A stretch of DNA of 64,000 bases from Armatimonadota bacterium (GTDB taxonomy: Bacteria; Armatimonadota; HRBIN16): positions 2,816,001-2,880,000 of the forward strand of contig OY781964.1 of assembly GCA_963677485.1 (NCBI GenBank). The letters are read 5' to 3'. Of this stretch, positions 18,976 through 29,211 are shown one piece after another. A program made the translations under genes and the position numbers. The number at the start of each line of letters is the position of its first letter. The stretch's first letter is position 1. A model generated the notes under the pieces. That model was not told the DNA's origin. It did not search any database and saw only the letters and a program-made list of their open reading frames with translations.

Positions 18976-21006
18976 ATGCTTGAGAGATTCGATTATAACG
19001 GGGTCACCCTTCACGACGGCAACTTCAAACGACAATTCGATGAGGTGCGGGATTTCTACCTGCGCCTGCCCTGCGACGACCTGCTGAGAGGCTACCGAAT
19101 CCGCGCTGGTCGACCAGCCCCCGGGGTGGATCTGGGCGGATGCTACCTCAGCCACAACACCTTTGGGCAGGTGATGTCGGGATTGGCCCGCATGTATGCC
19201 GCGACCGGTGACGCCGCCTGTAAGGCGAAGGCTCTCTCGCTGATGCACGGCTGGGCGGAATGCATCGAGCCCGACGGCTATTTCATGATTGAGCGGAAGT
19301 CACCGCTGATCCCCTACCAGTTTGACAAGATGCTGGTGGGCCTGCTGGATGTTTTCATCTACTGCAAAGACAAAGATGCTCTGAAACACATGCACACCAT
19401 CACTAACTGGGCCATCAAAAACATGAGCCGCGAAAAGCCGTTTGCCAGACCCACCGGTCCAGAAGTCGGTGAATGGTATACCCTCAGCGAGAACCTCTAC
19501 AGGGCCTACCTCGCCACCGGAGATGCCAAGTTCCGCGACTTTGGGAAAGAGTGGGAATATAAGGAGTTCTGGGACATGTTCACCAGCAATTCCGACATTT
19601 TCCAGCACCCCATGAACGGCGGATGGTACCACGCCTATAGCCACGTGAACTCCTTCAACAGCCTGGCTGCGGCCTACGCGGTGAACAAGAACCCCGTCAC
19701 CCTGCAGACGCTCAAGAACGCCTTCGAGTTCATGTGGAGCCAGCAGCTTTGGGCCACCGGCGGATACGGTCCGGGTGAGTGCTTGATCCCGCGCAAGGAG
19801 CTTGTGGGTTGGTTGACCAAGGCCAGCAACCACTTTGAAACCCAGTGCGGCTCCTGGGCGGTTTTCAAGATGAGCAAGTACCTCACGGAGTTCACCGGCG
19901 ACGCCAAATATGGCGACTGGACGGAGCTGATGTGCATCAACGCCATTGGGGCCAGCATACCCATGGACGCCGACGGCAGCGTGTTCTATTATTCCGAATA
20001 TGAGCTGAACGGATCGAGCAAAAAGAACGTGGCACCGTGGGCCTGTTGCTCCGGCACCCGGCCGCAAGCGGTGGCTGACTTCCATGACATCATATACTAC
20101 AAAGATAAAAGCGACATCTATGTGAACCTGTTTGTGCCCTCCTCGGTGGAGCTGAACGGGGTTATGTTAACTCAGAACACGCGTTTCCCCGAGACAGCCG
20201 GCACCGAGCTGGTGGTTTCCACCGAGAAACCCATGGCATTTGCGATCAGCATACGCAACCCGGGCTGGCTCTCGAGTCCGATGAAGATCAAGCTCAATGG
20301 CAAGCCGATCGAGGCCAGAGTCGACGCCACGCGCTGGGTGACAGTCCGTAGAACCTGGACCGACGGTGATACCCTCAGCGTAGAACTGCCCATGAGCTTC
20401 AGCCTGAGCTCCATCGACCCTGAAAAGCCGTATCCCGCCGCGGTGATGTATGGCCCGGTGACGATGGCCTCCAGAATGTCAGGCGCTGGTATTCTGCGTT
20501 CATTCGACCTGAAGCACCTGAGCAGCGTTCTGAAGCCCGTCGAAGCGGAGCCCTTGAACTTCCGTGTGGCGGATGACCCCTCGGTGCTTGTGAGGCCTTT
20601 CTACCAGTACAAGGCTGGCGAGAAGTATTTTGTCTACCTCAACATCGATCAAAACGTGCGGAATGTGCCCAACAGTGCGTTGAAATACAGCTCAGGATGG
20701 ACAGATTACAACCAGTGGATGACATCAAATACACCGGGAACCACAGTAGAGTATCGCTTCACAGGCGCCGGGATCCGCCTTTATTACGCCCTGTATGATG
20801 ACGCTGGCCAGTTGGAGGTCAGTTTGGACGGCCAGAAGCTGGGTGTCGTGGATGAGTATGGTCCGTACCGGGGTAAGAACAGCGAGCAGGACTTCAAGGG
20901 CCTCGAGAAGGGGCCGCACACCCTCACCATGACGGTTCTGCCCAGTAAATCGGCCGACTCCAAGGGCACCTTCGTGAACATCGCCGGGCTGACGGTGTTT
21001 GAATAG
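18976..21006 (+). CDS. GH127/GH146-like beta-L-arabinofuranosidase with C-terminal beta-sandwich
   Basis: HAYSH, ETQC, WACCSGT, IYVNLFVPS, AVMYGPV motifs. Confidence 0.85.
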   Translation: MLERFDYNGVTLHDGNFKRQFDEVRDFYLRLPCDDLLRGYRIRAGRPAPGVDLGGCYLSHNTFGQVMSGLARMYAATGDAACKAKALSLMHGWAECIEPDGYFMIERKSPLIPYQFDKMLVGLLDVFIYCKDKDALKHMHTITNWAIKNMSREKPFARPTGPEVGEWYTLSENLYRAYLATGDAKFRDFGKEWEYKEFWDMFTSNSDIFQHPMNGGWYHAYSHVNSFNSLAAAYAVNKNPVTLQTLKNAFEFMWSQQLWATGGYGPGECLIPRKELVGWLTKASNHFETQCGSWAVFKMSKYLTEFTGDAKYGDWTELMCINAIGASIPMDADGSVFYYSEYELNGSSKKNVAPWACCSGTRPQAVADFHDIIYYKDKSDIYVNLFVPSSVELNGVMLTQNTRFPETAGTELVVSTEKPMAFAISIRNPGWLSSPMKIKLNGKPIEARVDATRWVTVRRTWTDGDTLSVELPMSFSLSSIDPEKPYPAAVMYGPVTMASRMSGAGILRSFDLKHLSSVLKPVEAEPLNFRVADDPSVLVRPFYQYKAGEKYFVYLNIDQNVRNVPNSALKYSSGWTDYNQWMTSNTPGTTVEYRFTGAGIRLYYALYDDAGQLEVSLDGQKLGVVDEYGPYRGKNSEQDFKGLEKGPHTLTMTVLPSKSADSKGTFVNIAGLTVFE

Positions 21007-21054
21007 GCTGGTTGATAAGTCAGGCTCACGCGAAGACGCGAAGGGAATTAAAAC

Positions 21055-21084
21055 GCGGTCCTCACTCCTGAGGGTAAGGACCGC
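21055..21084 (+). terminator. Hairpin downstream of the GH127-like gene
   Basis: GCGGTCCT...AGGACCGC inverted repeat. Confidence 0.45.
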
Positions 21085-21117
21085 ATGCATACGCAGGTGA
21101 ATCGGCGAAGGTTAACC

Positions 21118-21371
21118 CAGTCTATCACCCAAACGAATAACAAGCATATGGCCTCCGTTTCCGCGACATAAATGTCTCGGCTATTGACCTGCCAAGCCTG
21201 CTGAAGCAGTCTAGGTTCAGCCACAGTATATCAGCCGCACATACAGGGCGAAGCCCTACAGCCTGCTTCAGCAGGCTTGGCAGGTCAATAGCCATGTGCT
21301 TTAGCGCGTGGCATGGCGGAATGCGATGGTTTACAACGCACGACCCAAATCTGTATTTGTGGGTAATAGAC
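21118..21371. mobile_element. MITE copy (CAGTCTATTACCCACAA-TIR family), diverged
   Basis: CAGTCTATCACCCA...TGTGGGTAATAGAC ends; internal GGCTATTGACCTGCCAAGCCTGCTGAAGCAG inverted repeat. Confidence 0.75.
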
Positions 21372-21377
21372 CAGGTG

Positions 21378-24050
21378 CTACCCTTTGGCGAAGCGCACCG
21401 TCAGGCTTTCGCCCGCCTTGAACTGCACACCACCGGGGAAGCTGAGCACGCCCTGCATGTACTGGAAGGGCACGCTGGTTCCTGCCACACTCACGCTTTG
21501 GGGATGTGATCCCGCCTTGTTTTGAAGCTTCAGGCTGTTGAGTTTCATCTCTCCGCCCAGCAGTTTGATGCTGGCGGTCTTGCTGGTGAACTCCACCTGG
21601 CCCCAGCCGCTGTCCAGCGACCACATGCAGCGGAACTTCCCGTCTTCCCACCAGACCGGTGCAAACCCGAGATGCCCGTTGACCATATCGAACTCCATCC
21701 CGCTGAGGGTGGGCAGCAGTGCGAAGCTGGCCATACTGCGGGCATAGTTGTTGCCGCACTCGAACTCATTCCATGGGTTGCGCTTCTCGCCGTCATAGCG
21801 GTCACGCACAGCTCTGACTACATCCAGGCCTTGTTTGATCAGCCCTTCTTGAATCATGTGGATACCGGCCTGATATTCAAAGCCGTTCATCGCCTCTTCT
21901 GCGTAGGTCAGTGGGAAGTAGGGCTTCGTCTCTTCATCCGGCCAATGGCAAATGACCGTGGCGGCCTCGCCGTTCACGGCGTAGATGCGCCAGCTGTTGT
22001 AGAAGTCGCGCATGGTGCGCTTGTAGTTGTATTTGTAGATCGACTGCAGGGCCTTTTTGGTCAGATCGGTGTCGAAAATACGGCCCAAGCCACACAGATT
22101 GGCGTGCCATTGCGCCACCACTTGGTCGATGTGGCAGCCCTCGGCGATTTGGTGCCTGATCTGCTGCGTTTCAGCATCCCAGTAGGCGTCATGCACGGAG
22201 CCGAACTTAGCGTCGGCGTCGGTGAAGCGGTCCAGGATGCTCTTGTCAGTGAAGTCGACCAACTGGTGGAAATACTCGCCATTGAAGCAGTGCTCTTCGA
22301 TGTATTTCTGACCGCTGGCAAACAGCGAACGGTAGAGCTCCGCACTCTCGGGCTCACCCATCGCTTCAGCCATTTCGGCACCCGCCTTCAGTGCGGCCAG
22401 GTAGAAGCCGGTCAGATAACTGTTCGCACCGAACAGCTCGGTGTCGAGTGTGTGATGCTGCCGTCCCTCGAGCACACCGTCTTTATCGGCGTCCCACTTG
22501 TCTTCGTTTGTCTCGCTCCAGGCCCACTCCAGGCTCAGCTTGACCTTCGGCCACCAGGCGCGCAGCCATTCCGTGTCGCCGCAGATTTTCCAGTCGCGAT
22601 ACACCTTAATGATCCCGCCAAACTGACCGTCAGCACAGGCATGGAAGTCCCATTGAGCGCGGCCGAGGGGCAGCATGATGCGGAAACTCATCATGCCGTC
22701 TTCGCGAAGGTTGTGGGTATACTCCAGCTCGCGCAGGCTGCGCTCCAGTTTGGGGAACAGGAACGGCAGTGCATAGGCGTAGTTCCACACATGTGTGCAA
22801 CTGCCCTCGCAGCAGCCCGTGCGCTGGCAGCAGCCCTCGAAGCCGTAGAAGGAGCCGTCTGTCAGCCGAATGCAGGTCGCGGATTTGAGCAAAGAGACAT
22901 TAGCTGAGACCGCATCCAGCACCTCCTCAGGCAGCGTGCTGCTGAAGAGTGCCTCGTGATACGCCTCGGTATCGGTGCGCAGCCGATCCCACTCGGACAG
23001 GCAGTATTCCGCGGTTTCGGAGCTGTCCTTCCACTGAGTGGCATACCAGTTGGTCCACATATTCATCTGCTGCTCAGACTTGTCCCCGCAGCAGCCCTCA
23101 GCGCAGTCGCACTTTTTCGGGTTCCAGAAGTTCACGTGGTTGGGGAAATTCCAGGCGATCACGAACTTCACCCGGCGTGTCTCGCCCGGCTGGAGCGTCA
23201 AGCAGCCGCTGATGGCGCCGGTGTCGCCGCCTGGTACATCCGCTTCAGCCGCATAGGCGTCATAGTCGCGGGCCACCAGTGCACCTGGCTTGATGAACTG
23301 CCGCCAGAAGAGGGCCACATGCCCGGAGCGGCTCCAGTAGTTCTGCACGCTGCTGATGTGAGCGTCCGAGCCAATGGTGAGGTCGCCATACTCAGGAGCG
23401 TCCGATGCGAATTTGCTGCTGCCCAGCTTGAGCAGGGTCAGACCCTCCGCTGTCTGCGGGGTGTTCAGATTGTTTTTGGGCAGCGGATTGCACACGGAGA
23501 GCGCCACGGTGTAGTCCACCTCGAAGGCGTTGGTGTTCTTGATCTCTACCTCGTAAAAGGCCGCGGGGATGCTGGAGTCGCGGTCATTCAAAGGGATCAG
23601 CGGGTTGAAGGCGTGCAGCGTGACCTTGCCCGGGAAGCTCTTGTCCTTGAACTGCAGAGCCGCGAACGGGTACTCGCCGTCGAACACAGCGTCCTTGAAA
23701 TGCGGGAAGCCCGCCATAGTATCCCGCCCGATGCCGTTGCCGTTACCCGAGGGGTCGGTGTAGGGAGGCAGTTGGTCGCTGTGCATCACGCGCGCGTCCA
23801 GCACACGGCCCTCAGCCTCCGCTTTGATGGCGAAGTGGTTGAAGCCGTTCAGGCTGTTTTTGTTTGGGCGGTTCTGCATTTCCCACTCCACCAGCCGGCC
23901 GTTGCCGCTCAGGCCGATGCATCCTGTGCCGATGCCGCCGATGGGCATGGAGATGGTCTGTGTTTTTCGGTCTCGATACTTCAAGGGGTGCCTCCAGGAT
24001 ACGGTATATCGTTCATCATTACTGATTTTGCGGTATGTTGTGGAAAACAT
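21378..24050 (-). CDS. GH116 family glycoside hydrolase (non-lysosomal glucosylceramidase-like)
   Basis: MPIGGIGTG, GCCEGSCTHVWNY, ADGQFG, GRQHHTLD, NPWNEFECGNNYARSMAS. True start may be slightly downstream. Confidence 0.92.
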   Translation of the reverse strand: MFSTTYRKISNDERYTVSWRHPLKYRDRKTQTISMPIGGIGTGCIGLSGNGRLVEWEMQNRPNKNSLNGFNHFAIKAEAEGRVLDARVMHSDQLPPYTDPSGNGNGIGRDTMAGFPHFKDAVFDGEYPFAALQFKDKSFPGKVTLHAFNPLIPLNDRDSSIPAAFYEVEIKNTNAFEVDYTVALSVCNPLPKNNLNTPQTAEGLTLLKLGSSKFASDAPEYGDLTIGSDAHISSVQNYWSRSGHVALFWRQFIKPGALVARDYDAYAAEADVPGGDTGAISGCLTLQPGETRRVKFVIAWNFPNHVNFWNPKKCDCAEGCCGDKSEQQMNMWTNWYATQWKDSSETAEYCLSEWDRLRTDTEAYHEALFSSTLPEEVLDAVSANVSLLKSATCIRLTDGSFYGFEGCCQRTGCCEGSCTHVWNYAYALPFLFPKLERSLRELEYTHNLREDGMMSFRIMLPLGRAQWDFHACADGQFGGIIKVYRDWKICGDTEWLRAWWPKVKLSLEWAWSETNEDKWDADKDGVLEGRQHHTLDTELFGANSYLTGFYLAALKAGAEMAEAMGEPESAELYRSLFASGQKYIEEHCFNGEYFHQLVDFTDKSILDRFTDADAKFGSVHDAYWDAETQQIRHQIAEGCHIDQVVAQWHANLCGLGRIFDTDLTKKALQSIYKYNYKRTMRDFYNSWRIYAVNGEAATVICHWPDEETKPYFPLTYAEEAMNGFEYQAGIHMIQEGLIKQGLDVVRAVRDRYDGEKRNPWNEFECGNNYARSMASFALLPTLSGMEFDMVNGHLGFAPVWWEDGKFRCMWSLDSGWGQVEFTSKTASIKLLGGEMKLNSLKLQNKAGSHPQSVSVAGTSVPFQYMQGVLSFPGGVQFKAGESLTVRFAKG

Positions 24051-24308
24051 ACCATTGCTAATAACTAATGATACCCCAGCGACGTGCCTTGCGCCATATT
24101 GGGGCTTCTCGGATGATCACGCGGAGACGCGGAGTGCGCGGAGGGGGGAAGGCTTACCACAGCGTTCTCCAGTTAGTCATTTGACTTCTTCGTGCTCTGT
24201 TACCTGCCAAGAATTACGATAGTGAAGGGAGTGTACTGATACCATATTCTCTATAGCAGTCTGAATTACAGATGCAAAAACGTGTTATGATATGCGTGTA
24301 TACCCTGA

Positions 24309-26183
24309 ATGAGGAGAACTATGCGGTTGTCTACTTACGAGGAACAAACATCGCCATTCATCGGCGCTCTTGAGACCATGTCTGCCAAACAGCTCACCGA
24401 ACTATCCGAGAGTGATGTGTTGATGCATTATATGATAAGAGCACAAATCCATCATCGTGCTTCAGTCAAATATTGCGAGGAGGGGTTCGATGAAGAATCG
24501 AAACAGCAGCTTTGTGAATCCATCGCATTCAAGTTCATGGTCAGCAACGATGATGAAAAACGACGATTTTACCCCAGTGTTGTATTTACGAATGGTCAGA
24601 ATGGGAAAGTCGAATTTCCAAGCTTGTCGAATTTCGACAATAAGGTTTATGATTACTTAAGGGGAAGAATTCATGACACCCAAAATCCGGCGATTATAGC
24701 TCGATTTGCAGATATCATTTGGTGCGCCCGCAGGTCAGATAGTTATACCCAGGCTAAAGTGGCGATCGATGCATACCATGCATTTGTTGACAGATGGCTG
24801 GCAACCCCAGCCAATACACTGAACTACGGAATAGACTTGTGCGATGCACTAATACGTTCCATAAACATAGCCCAACAACTGAAACAAAACGATCTAGTCG
24901 AAACAGGTGTCCATAAAGCGATTGATGTATGTAATCAGCTTGATGCAAACAATTATAACATGCCTATGCAAGATATTCTGGCAGGCCTGTTGACAAAATA
25001 CGATAAAATTAAGCAGTACGTTAGCGAAACAAATCTCCAAGACATGATCAAAAACGCTAATAGTTCCATCAAATTATTGGACGCTCAATATCCGTATTAC
25101 GCTGATATGCAACGATGTTTGATGGTTTCTATACGTAAGATCTACACTATATTGAACAATGCGAGAATGATTGAGGAAATGACAAAGCGTATTGCAGATA
25201 ACTGTGTGTTTGAAGCAAATTGGATTGTGGATAATCTTCATTTGGGACATCGTCAGGCGATTCGCCTAGGGGAAGAAGCTATTATCGAATACCATAAAAT
25301 CGGCGACAAGCACCTGATCTGTGCCGTCCAAGCACATATTTTCGGCTGGCACAAAGCCGCCGAATCAGAGATGTCGGTATTTGATACATCAGTAGAAGTA
25401 CCTAAAGACGAAATCGATAGATGGCTTCATAAATTCAAAGTGGCTCCCATATCGGACGTTGCCATGCTGATATGCAGCGACCGTACCTTGATGCCCTCAG
25501 CCATTAGAGCAAGAATGCAAGCAACGCGATATAAAGAGGAATTTCCTTTGATATTTGCGATTAACCATCAACTAGTTTCTGAAGAAATGAGCTTGAAATT
25601 CATACCAACCACCGAAAGTGGGGATGAACTACTTGAATACTATACCGCTTGGAATATACGGATTAATTACCAGTTTGTAGCTCGTATATTATTGATAAAG
25701 CTATTTGACCACCTAGAACAGTCACATAAAGATTACATTGAACATTTCGTTAAGCACGTAAGTGGATCGCCAATGATTAAGCATTCCAGAGCAACCATAG
25801 TTGTATGGGCGTTCGAAGCACAATCAAGAGGTGACTACACATCGTGCATACATATTCTCGCGCCACAAATTGAAGGATGTCTTCGAGATATTGCGAAACA
25901 TCTGGCAATTCAGATAACAGAAATGAAAAGGCAGGGTGAATGGAGCTACATTACTTTAAATACCATTATTCAACGAATATCTGATACAAAACGAGTCGAT
26001 GACGACCTATTACGCTTCATAAACCTTTTATTATGCAGCCAATACGGTGATAATTTACGAAATGAAGTATGTCATGGGATTGCGAATATCCGCGATATGT
26101 CAAGAGAAAACGCGTTACTTATGATCTATATCGTATTAATGTTATGCTCCATTGATCTAGAATCAACACCACAGGCGAACTAA
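24309..26183 (+). CDS. DUF4209-like protein with C-terminal HEPN-type RxxxxH motif
   Basis: ILAPQIEGCLR and NLRNEVCHG near the C-terminus; helical N-terminal region; markedly AT-rich. Confidence 0.75.
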   Translation: MRRTMRLSTYEEQTSPFIGALETMSAKQLTELSESDVLMHYMIRAQIHHRASVKYCEEGFDEESKQQLCESIAFKFMVSNDDEKRRFYPSVVFTNGQNGKVEFPSLSNFDNKVYDYLRGRIHDTQNPAIIARFADIIWCARRSDSYTQAKVAIDAYHAFVDRWLATPANTLNYGIDLCDALIRSINIAQQLKQNDLVETGVHKAIDVCNQLDANNYNMPMQDILAGLLTKYDKIKQYVSETNLQDMIKNANSSIKLLDAQYPYYADMQRCLMVSIRKIYTILNNARMIEEMTKRIADNCVFEANWIVDNLHLGHRQAIRLGEEAIIEYHKIGDKHLICAVQAHIFGWHKAAESEMSVFDTSVEVPKDEIDRWLHKFKVAPISDVAMLICSDRTLMPSAIRARMQATRYKEEFPLIFAINHQLVSEEMSLKFIPTTESGDELLEYYTAWNIRINYQFVARILLIKLFDHLEQSHKDYIEHFVKHVSGSPMIKHSRATIVVWAFEAQSRGDYTSCIHILAPQIEGCLRDIAKHLAIQITEMKRQGEWSYITLNTIIQRISDTKRVDDDLLRFINLLLCSQYGDNLRNEVCHGIANIRDMSRENALLMIYIVLMLCSIDLESTPQAN

Positions 26184-26397
26184 CCCTAGCCATATGGCAG
26201 ATGACTGTAGAGGACATATCCTTATGTTGTTCGTAAACTACCCCTTCGGTGCATCAAAAGACTACCGCAGGTCGCCGAACCTTAGTAATGGACATTCTGC
26301 GGAAAATCGAGATATCCAAATAGGCAGCGGGATCAGTGTTCTATGTCACGAAGTATAGGCCAGCCCGGATAGGGCAAAACCGGGCCCGCCACCGTTA

Positions 26398-29193
26398 CTA
26401 CCTCCCAACAGCCCCGCGATATGCCCGCATCACGCGGCCGGTCTCGTCGAGCTTCGCAGTGCCCTGGCCCTTGTCGGGTATCAGCCAGCCGCCCTCGTCG
26501 ATCTCGTTCCAGGCATACCACAGCATCGTCCTGGCCTCGGCGGATTTCGGGTTGGCGTCGATCCACTTGAGGGCGGATTGCAGATGTGCCGCAATCTCGC
26601 CCGGTTTGGGCTGAAGCTTATCACCCGAGCCGTCTCGCGGACCACCCCAGCCGGCGCTGAGGTTGGGTATCACTTTAACACCCGTTGCTTTCATGGCATC
26701 CCAGAAGCGCACATGCGCCGCACACAGACCGGCGTAGTCGGGCCCACCCCAACTGGTATACGCGCTGATGGCGTCCAGACCGCCGTCCGTAGCGATCGAA
26801 GCACCGCCCTCCGGTGTCTGCGCCAGCGCGACTAGGTAGGGGTTCGGCAGACCAGCCTCCATCACGCGCTTGCGAAGAGCATCCAGCCAGCCACGGCCGT
26901 TCTCCGCTGTATCAAAGAAGGAGACCTTGGTGCCGCCGCCCAGACGCTCATCGGGGTTCCAAAACATCAGGTAGAGCAGCGGCCGACCGCCAACCACGGT
27001 TTGATAGTTCGGCTGCTTCATCAAGCCAATCAACTCTTGCGTCCGCTTGTCGTTGGGGTTGCGAGGGTCGGTCTTGTTCAGCAGATAGGCGTGACCGGGG
27101 CTGTCCAGCATACAGAATTTCACATCATCCTTGTGCTTGCTGGCTAGGTAGAGCTCTCTCGCCCGGATCATTTTGTCGTGCCGGAAGCCGTCCTCACGCA
27201 CATCCGGGTAGTGGAAGGGGAACACAAAGTAGTCCACACCACCGTTTTTGGCGTAGGCGATTTCCTGGTCGACCACTTTCTGCGTGTCACCGTATATCTG
27301 CACCTTCGTGTCGGAGAGCACTTTGGCGTAGAATGGCAGCCGTCCGTGCCAGCGTTTGTCGGCCAGATTGTCTGCATAGGGGTTGAACGGATCGGTGAAC
27401 CAGGCATCCCAGCGGATGACACCCATCGTCACGCCCACGGTGTCAATCCGTTCGTCCTTGATGCGCAGCCCCGTTTGTTTCACAACCAGGCCGTCCTTTC
27501 CGGCAGGCACCAGACTTCCCACCCGCATGTCGAGTTTATAAAGCGGATCTTGCACTTTCAGCCCGTCCACCGTCACACCGGAGCAGTAGTCCACATCCAC
27601 GGCCGTGGCGGCTCCTGCGAAGAAATAGTGCGTAACGCGGCGCTTGTCCCGATCGCCCAGCAACCTGTTGTTCTCCAGCACCACCCCCGCCACGCCTCTG
27701 AGCATAATCGCGGGAGCGGTCAGGTTCTCGAAGCGGTTATCGCGGATCGTCAGGTTGCGCATCACGATCTTACCCAGGTTCTCCGGTCCGTCGATGGGAT
27801 CACCAGCGCTGACCCGCACGGTGATGGAGGCCAGAGATCCGCCCATGCCTGCGAACCGGTTGTTGGCGATCAGCAGGTTCTGCGGAGGCGGCCCCTCGCC
27901 CCAGATGCGCTCACCAAACCCCAGGTCGATGCCCCACCCCTCGTTGTTATCAAACAGGTTCCGCTCAATCACCCCGCCGATGGAACTGGCGAGAATTCCA
28001 CGTCCGCGGAACGCCTTGAAGTGGCAGTTGCGCACGATGAACGGCGTCTTCGACTCGGGCAGGTTGTAGATCCGACCGCCATCGGCGAAGGAGCTGCCAC
28101 CCACCATACCCTCCACAGGTTCCGTAAAGCGCACGCGGGTCAGTGCGGCGACCGGATCAGCGGAGGCGACGGTGACACGCGCTTTCTCCTTCAGCGTGCG
28201 GCCATCGTAGATGATCATCTTCATGCCCGGTTTGGGCTCGTAGTTCAGGCGCGAGATCGCCACCTCGGTCGGTGAAATCACCTGGTTGAGCAGCAGCGTG
28301 GTGCCGCGCACGTTGATGGCGTCGTCCGCCATGCCCTCAAATGAGCAGCGCTCGATCCGAAGCACACCGCGGTTGCCAGGCGCATGCACGCCGTCGGCAT
28401 TGGTGGAGATCAGGCGGCCTTTCCCAACCTTCACATGGCAGTCAAGATAGGATATGTTGCCGTCGTTGTTGGTCGGATAGAAGCAAAGCGCAGGGGACGA
28501 CAGAATATCCACACGCTCCGCCCTGGCGTCCGTACACTCCGAGAAGCAGACGCCGGAACCCGAGTATGACCGCGTGAGGTGGACATATCCTGCACCGGGG
28601 GTGATCGTCGGACGGAACCAAGCCGGCACATCGCTCAGCTTGCTCACACGCCAACGCCGGCCCGTGAGGTGCTTCATCGTCACGCCTTGAATCACACCAG
28701 GACCATACCGTGTCACCCCATATTCCGCATCGGGCTTCACCGTCATGGCGAACTGCAGCCGCGCCTTGGTGAACGCCTCATGGGTGAAGTCCATCGATGC
28801 CGAATCCAGCTCCAGATCGTAGCTATCGCCTTTTTCGTCCACACTCACCACCGTGCCGAAGGCGTAGGGAACCGGCTCCCAGTCGATCTGCAGATCGCGG
28901 ATGACGACGTTGCGGCATTTCTCAAACGCCACTCCGCCAGCCAACGGGTTGGTGAAGACCAGCGTGGTGGCCTCGCCCGCGCCGCGCAGTGTGATATTTG
29001 AGCCATTTCGGATGAACAGCGACCCCATCTCGAAGTTCACCTCATCGGGTAAAGGCGCCACGCGGTATTTGCGGGCGCCAAACACCACCTCAGAGGCCTT
29101 TTTGGACTCGAGTGCGGCCTCAATCGCCTTGCGGATCGCCGCTCCGTCATCGCCAGTTGTCCCCTGCTTGAAATCATCTACGAAAAACCGCAT
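26398..29193 (-). CDS. Fusion of a beta-helix (GH110-like) domain and a C-terminal GH99/WbsX-like domain
   Basis: STNADGVH, GMADDAINVRG, RGRGIL in the N-terminal part; IRWDAW, VDQEIAYAKNGGVDYF, YAWNEIDEGGWL in the C-terminal part. Confidence 0.72.
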   Translation of the reverse strand: MRFFVDDFKQGTTGDDGAAIRKAIEAALESKKASEVVFGARKYRVAPLPDEVNFEMGSLFIRNGSNITLRGAGEATTLVFTNPLAGGVAFEKCRNVVIRDLQIDWEPVPYAFGTVVSVDEKGDSYDLELDSASMDFTHEAFTKARLQFAMTVKPDAEYGVTRYGPGVIQGVTMKHLTGRRWRVSKLSDVPAWFRPTITPGAGYVHLTRSYSGSGVCFSECTDARAERVDILSSPALCFYPTNNDGNISYLDCHVKVGKGRLISTNADGVHAPGNRGVLRIERCSFEGMADDAINVRGTTLLLNQVISPTEVAISRLNYEPKPGMKMIIYDGRTLKEKARVTVASADPVAALTRVRFTEPVEGMVGGSSFADGGRIYNLPESKTPFIVRNCHFKAFRGRGILASSIGGVIERNLFDNNEGWGIDLGFGERIWGEGPPPQNLLIANNRFAGMGGSLASITVRVSAGDPIDGPENLGKIVMRNLTIRDNRFENLTAPAIMLRGVAGVVLENNRLLGDRDKRRVTHYFFAGAATAVDVDYCSGVTVDGLKVQDPLYKLDMRVGSLVPAGKDGLVVKQTGLRIKDERIDTVGVTMGVIRWDAWFTDPFNPYADNLADKRWHGRLPFYAKVLSDTKVQIYGDTQKVVDQEIAYAKNGGVDYFVFPFHYPDVREDGFRHDKMIRARELYLASKHKDDVKFCMLDSPGHAYLLNKTDPRNPNDKRTQELIGLMKQPNYQTVVGGRPLLYLMFWNPDERLGGGTKVSFFDTAENGRGWLDALRKRVMEAGLPNPYLVALAQTPEGGASIATDGGLDAISAYTSWGGPDYAGLCAAHVRFWDAMKATGVKVIPNLSAGWGGPRDGSGDKLQPKPGEIAAHLQSALKWIDANPKSAEARTMLWYAWNEIDEGGWLIPDKGQGTAKLDETGRVMRAYRGAVGR

Positions 29194-29211
29194 GTGACTG
29201 TTAACCTCGAT

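Noticed and set aside
24170-26240. Integron cassette/attC around the DUF4209-like gene
   Set aside because: AACTAAC overlaps the stop, but there is no convincing paired GTTRRRY or L-box structure and no integrase.
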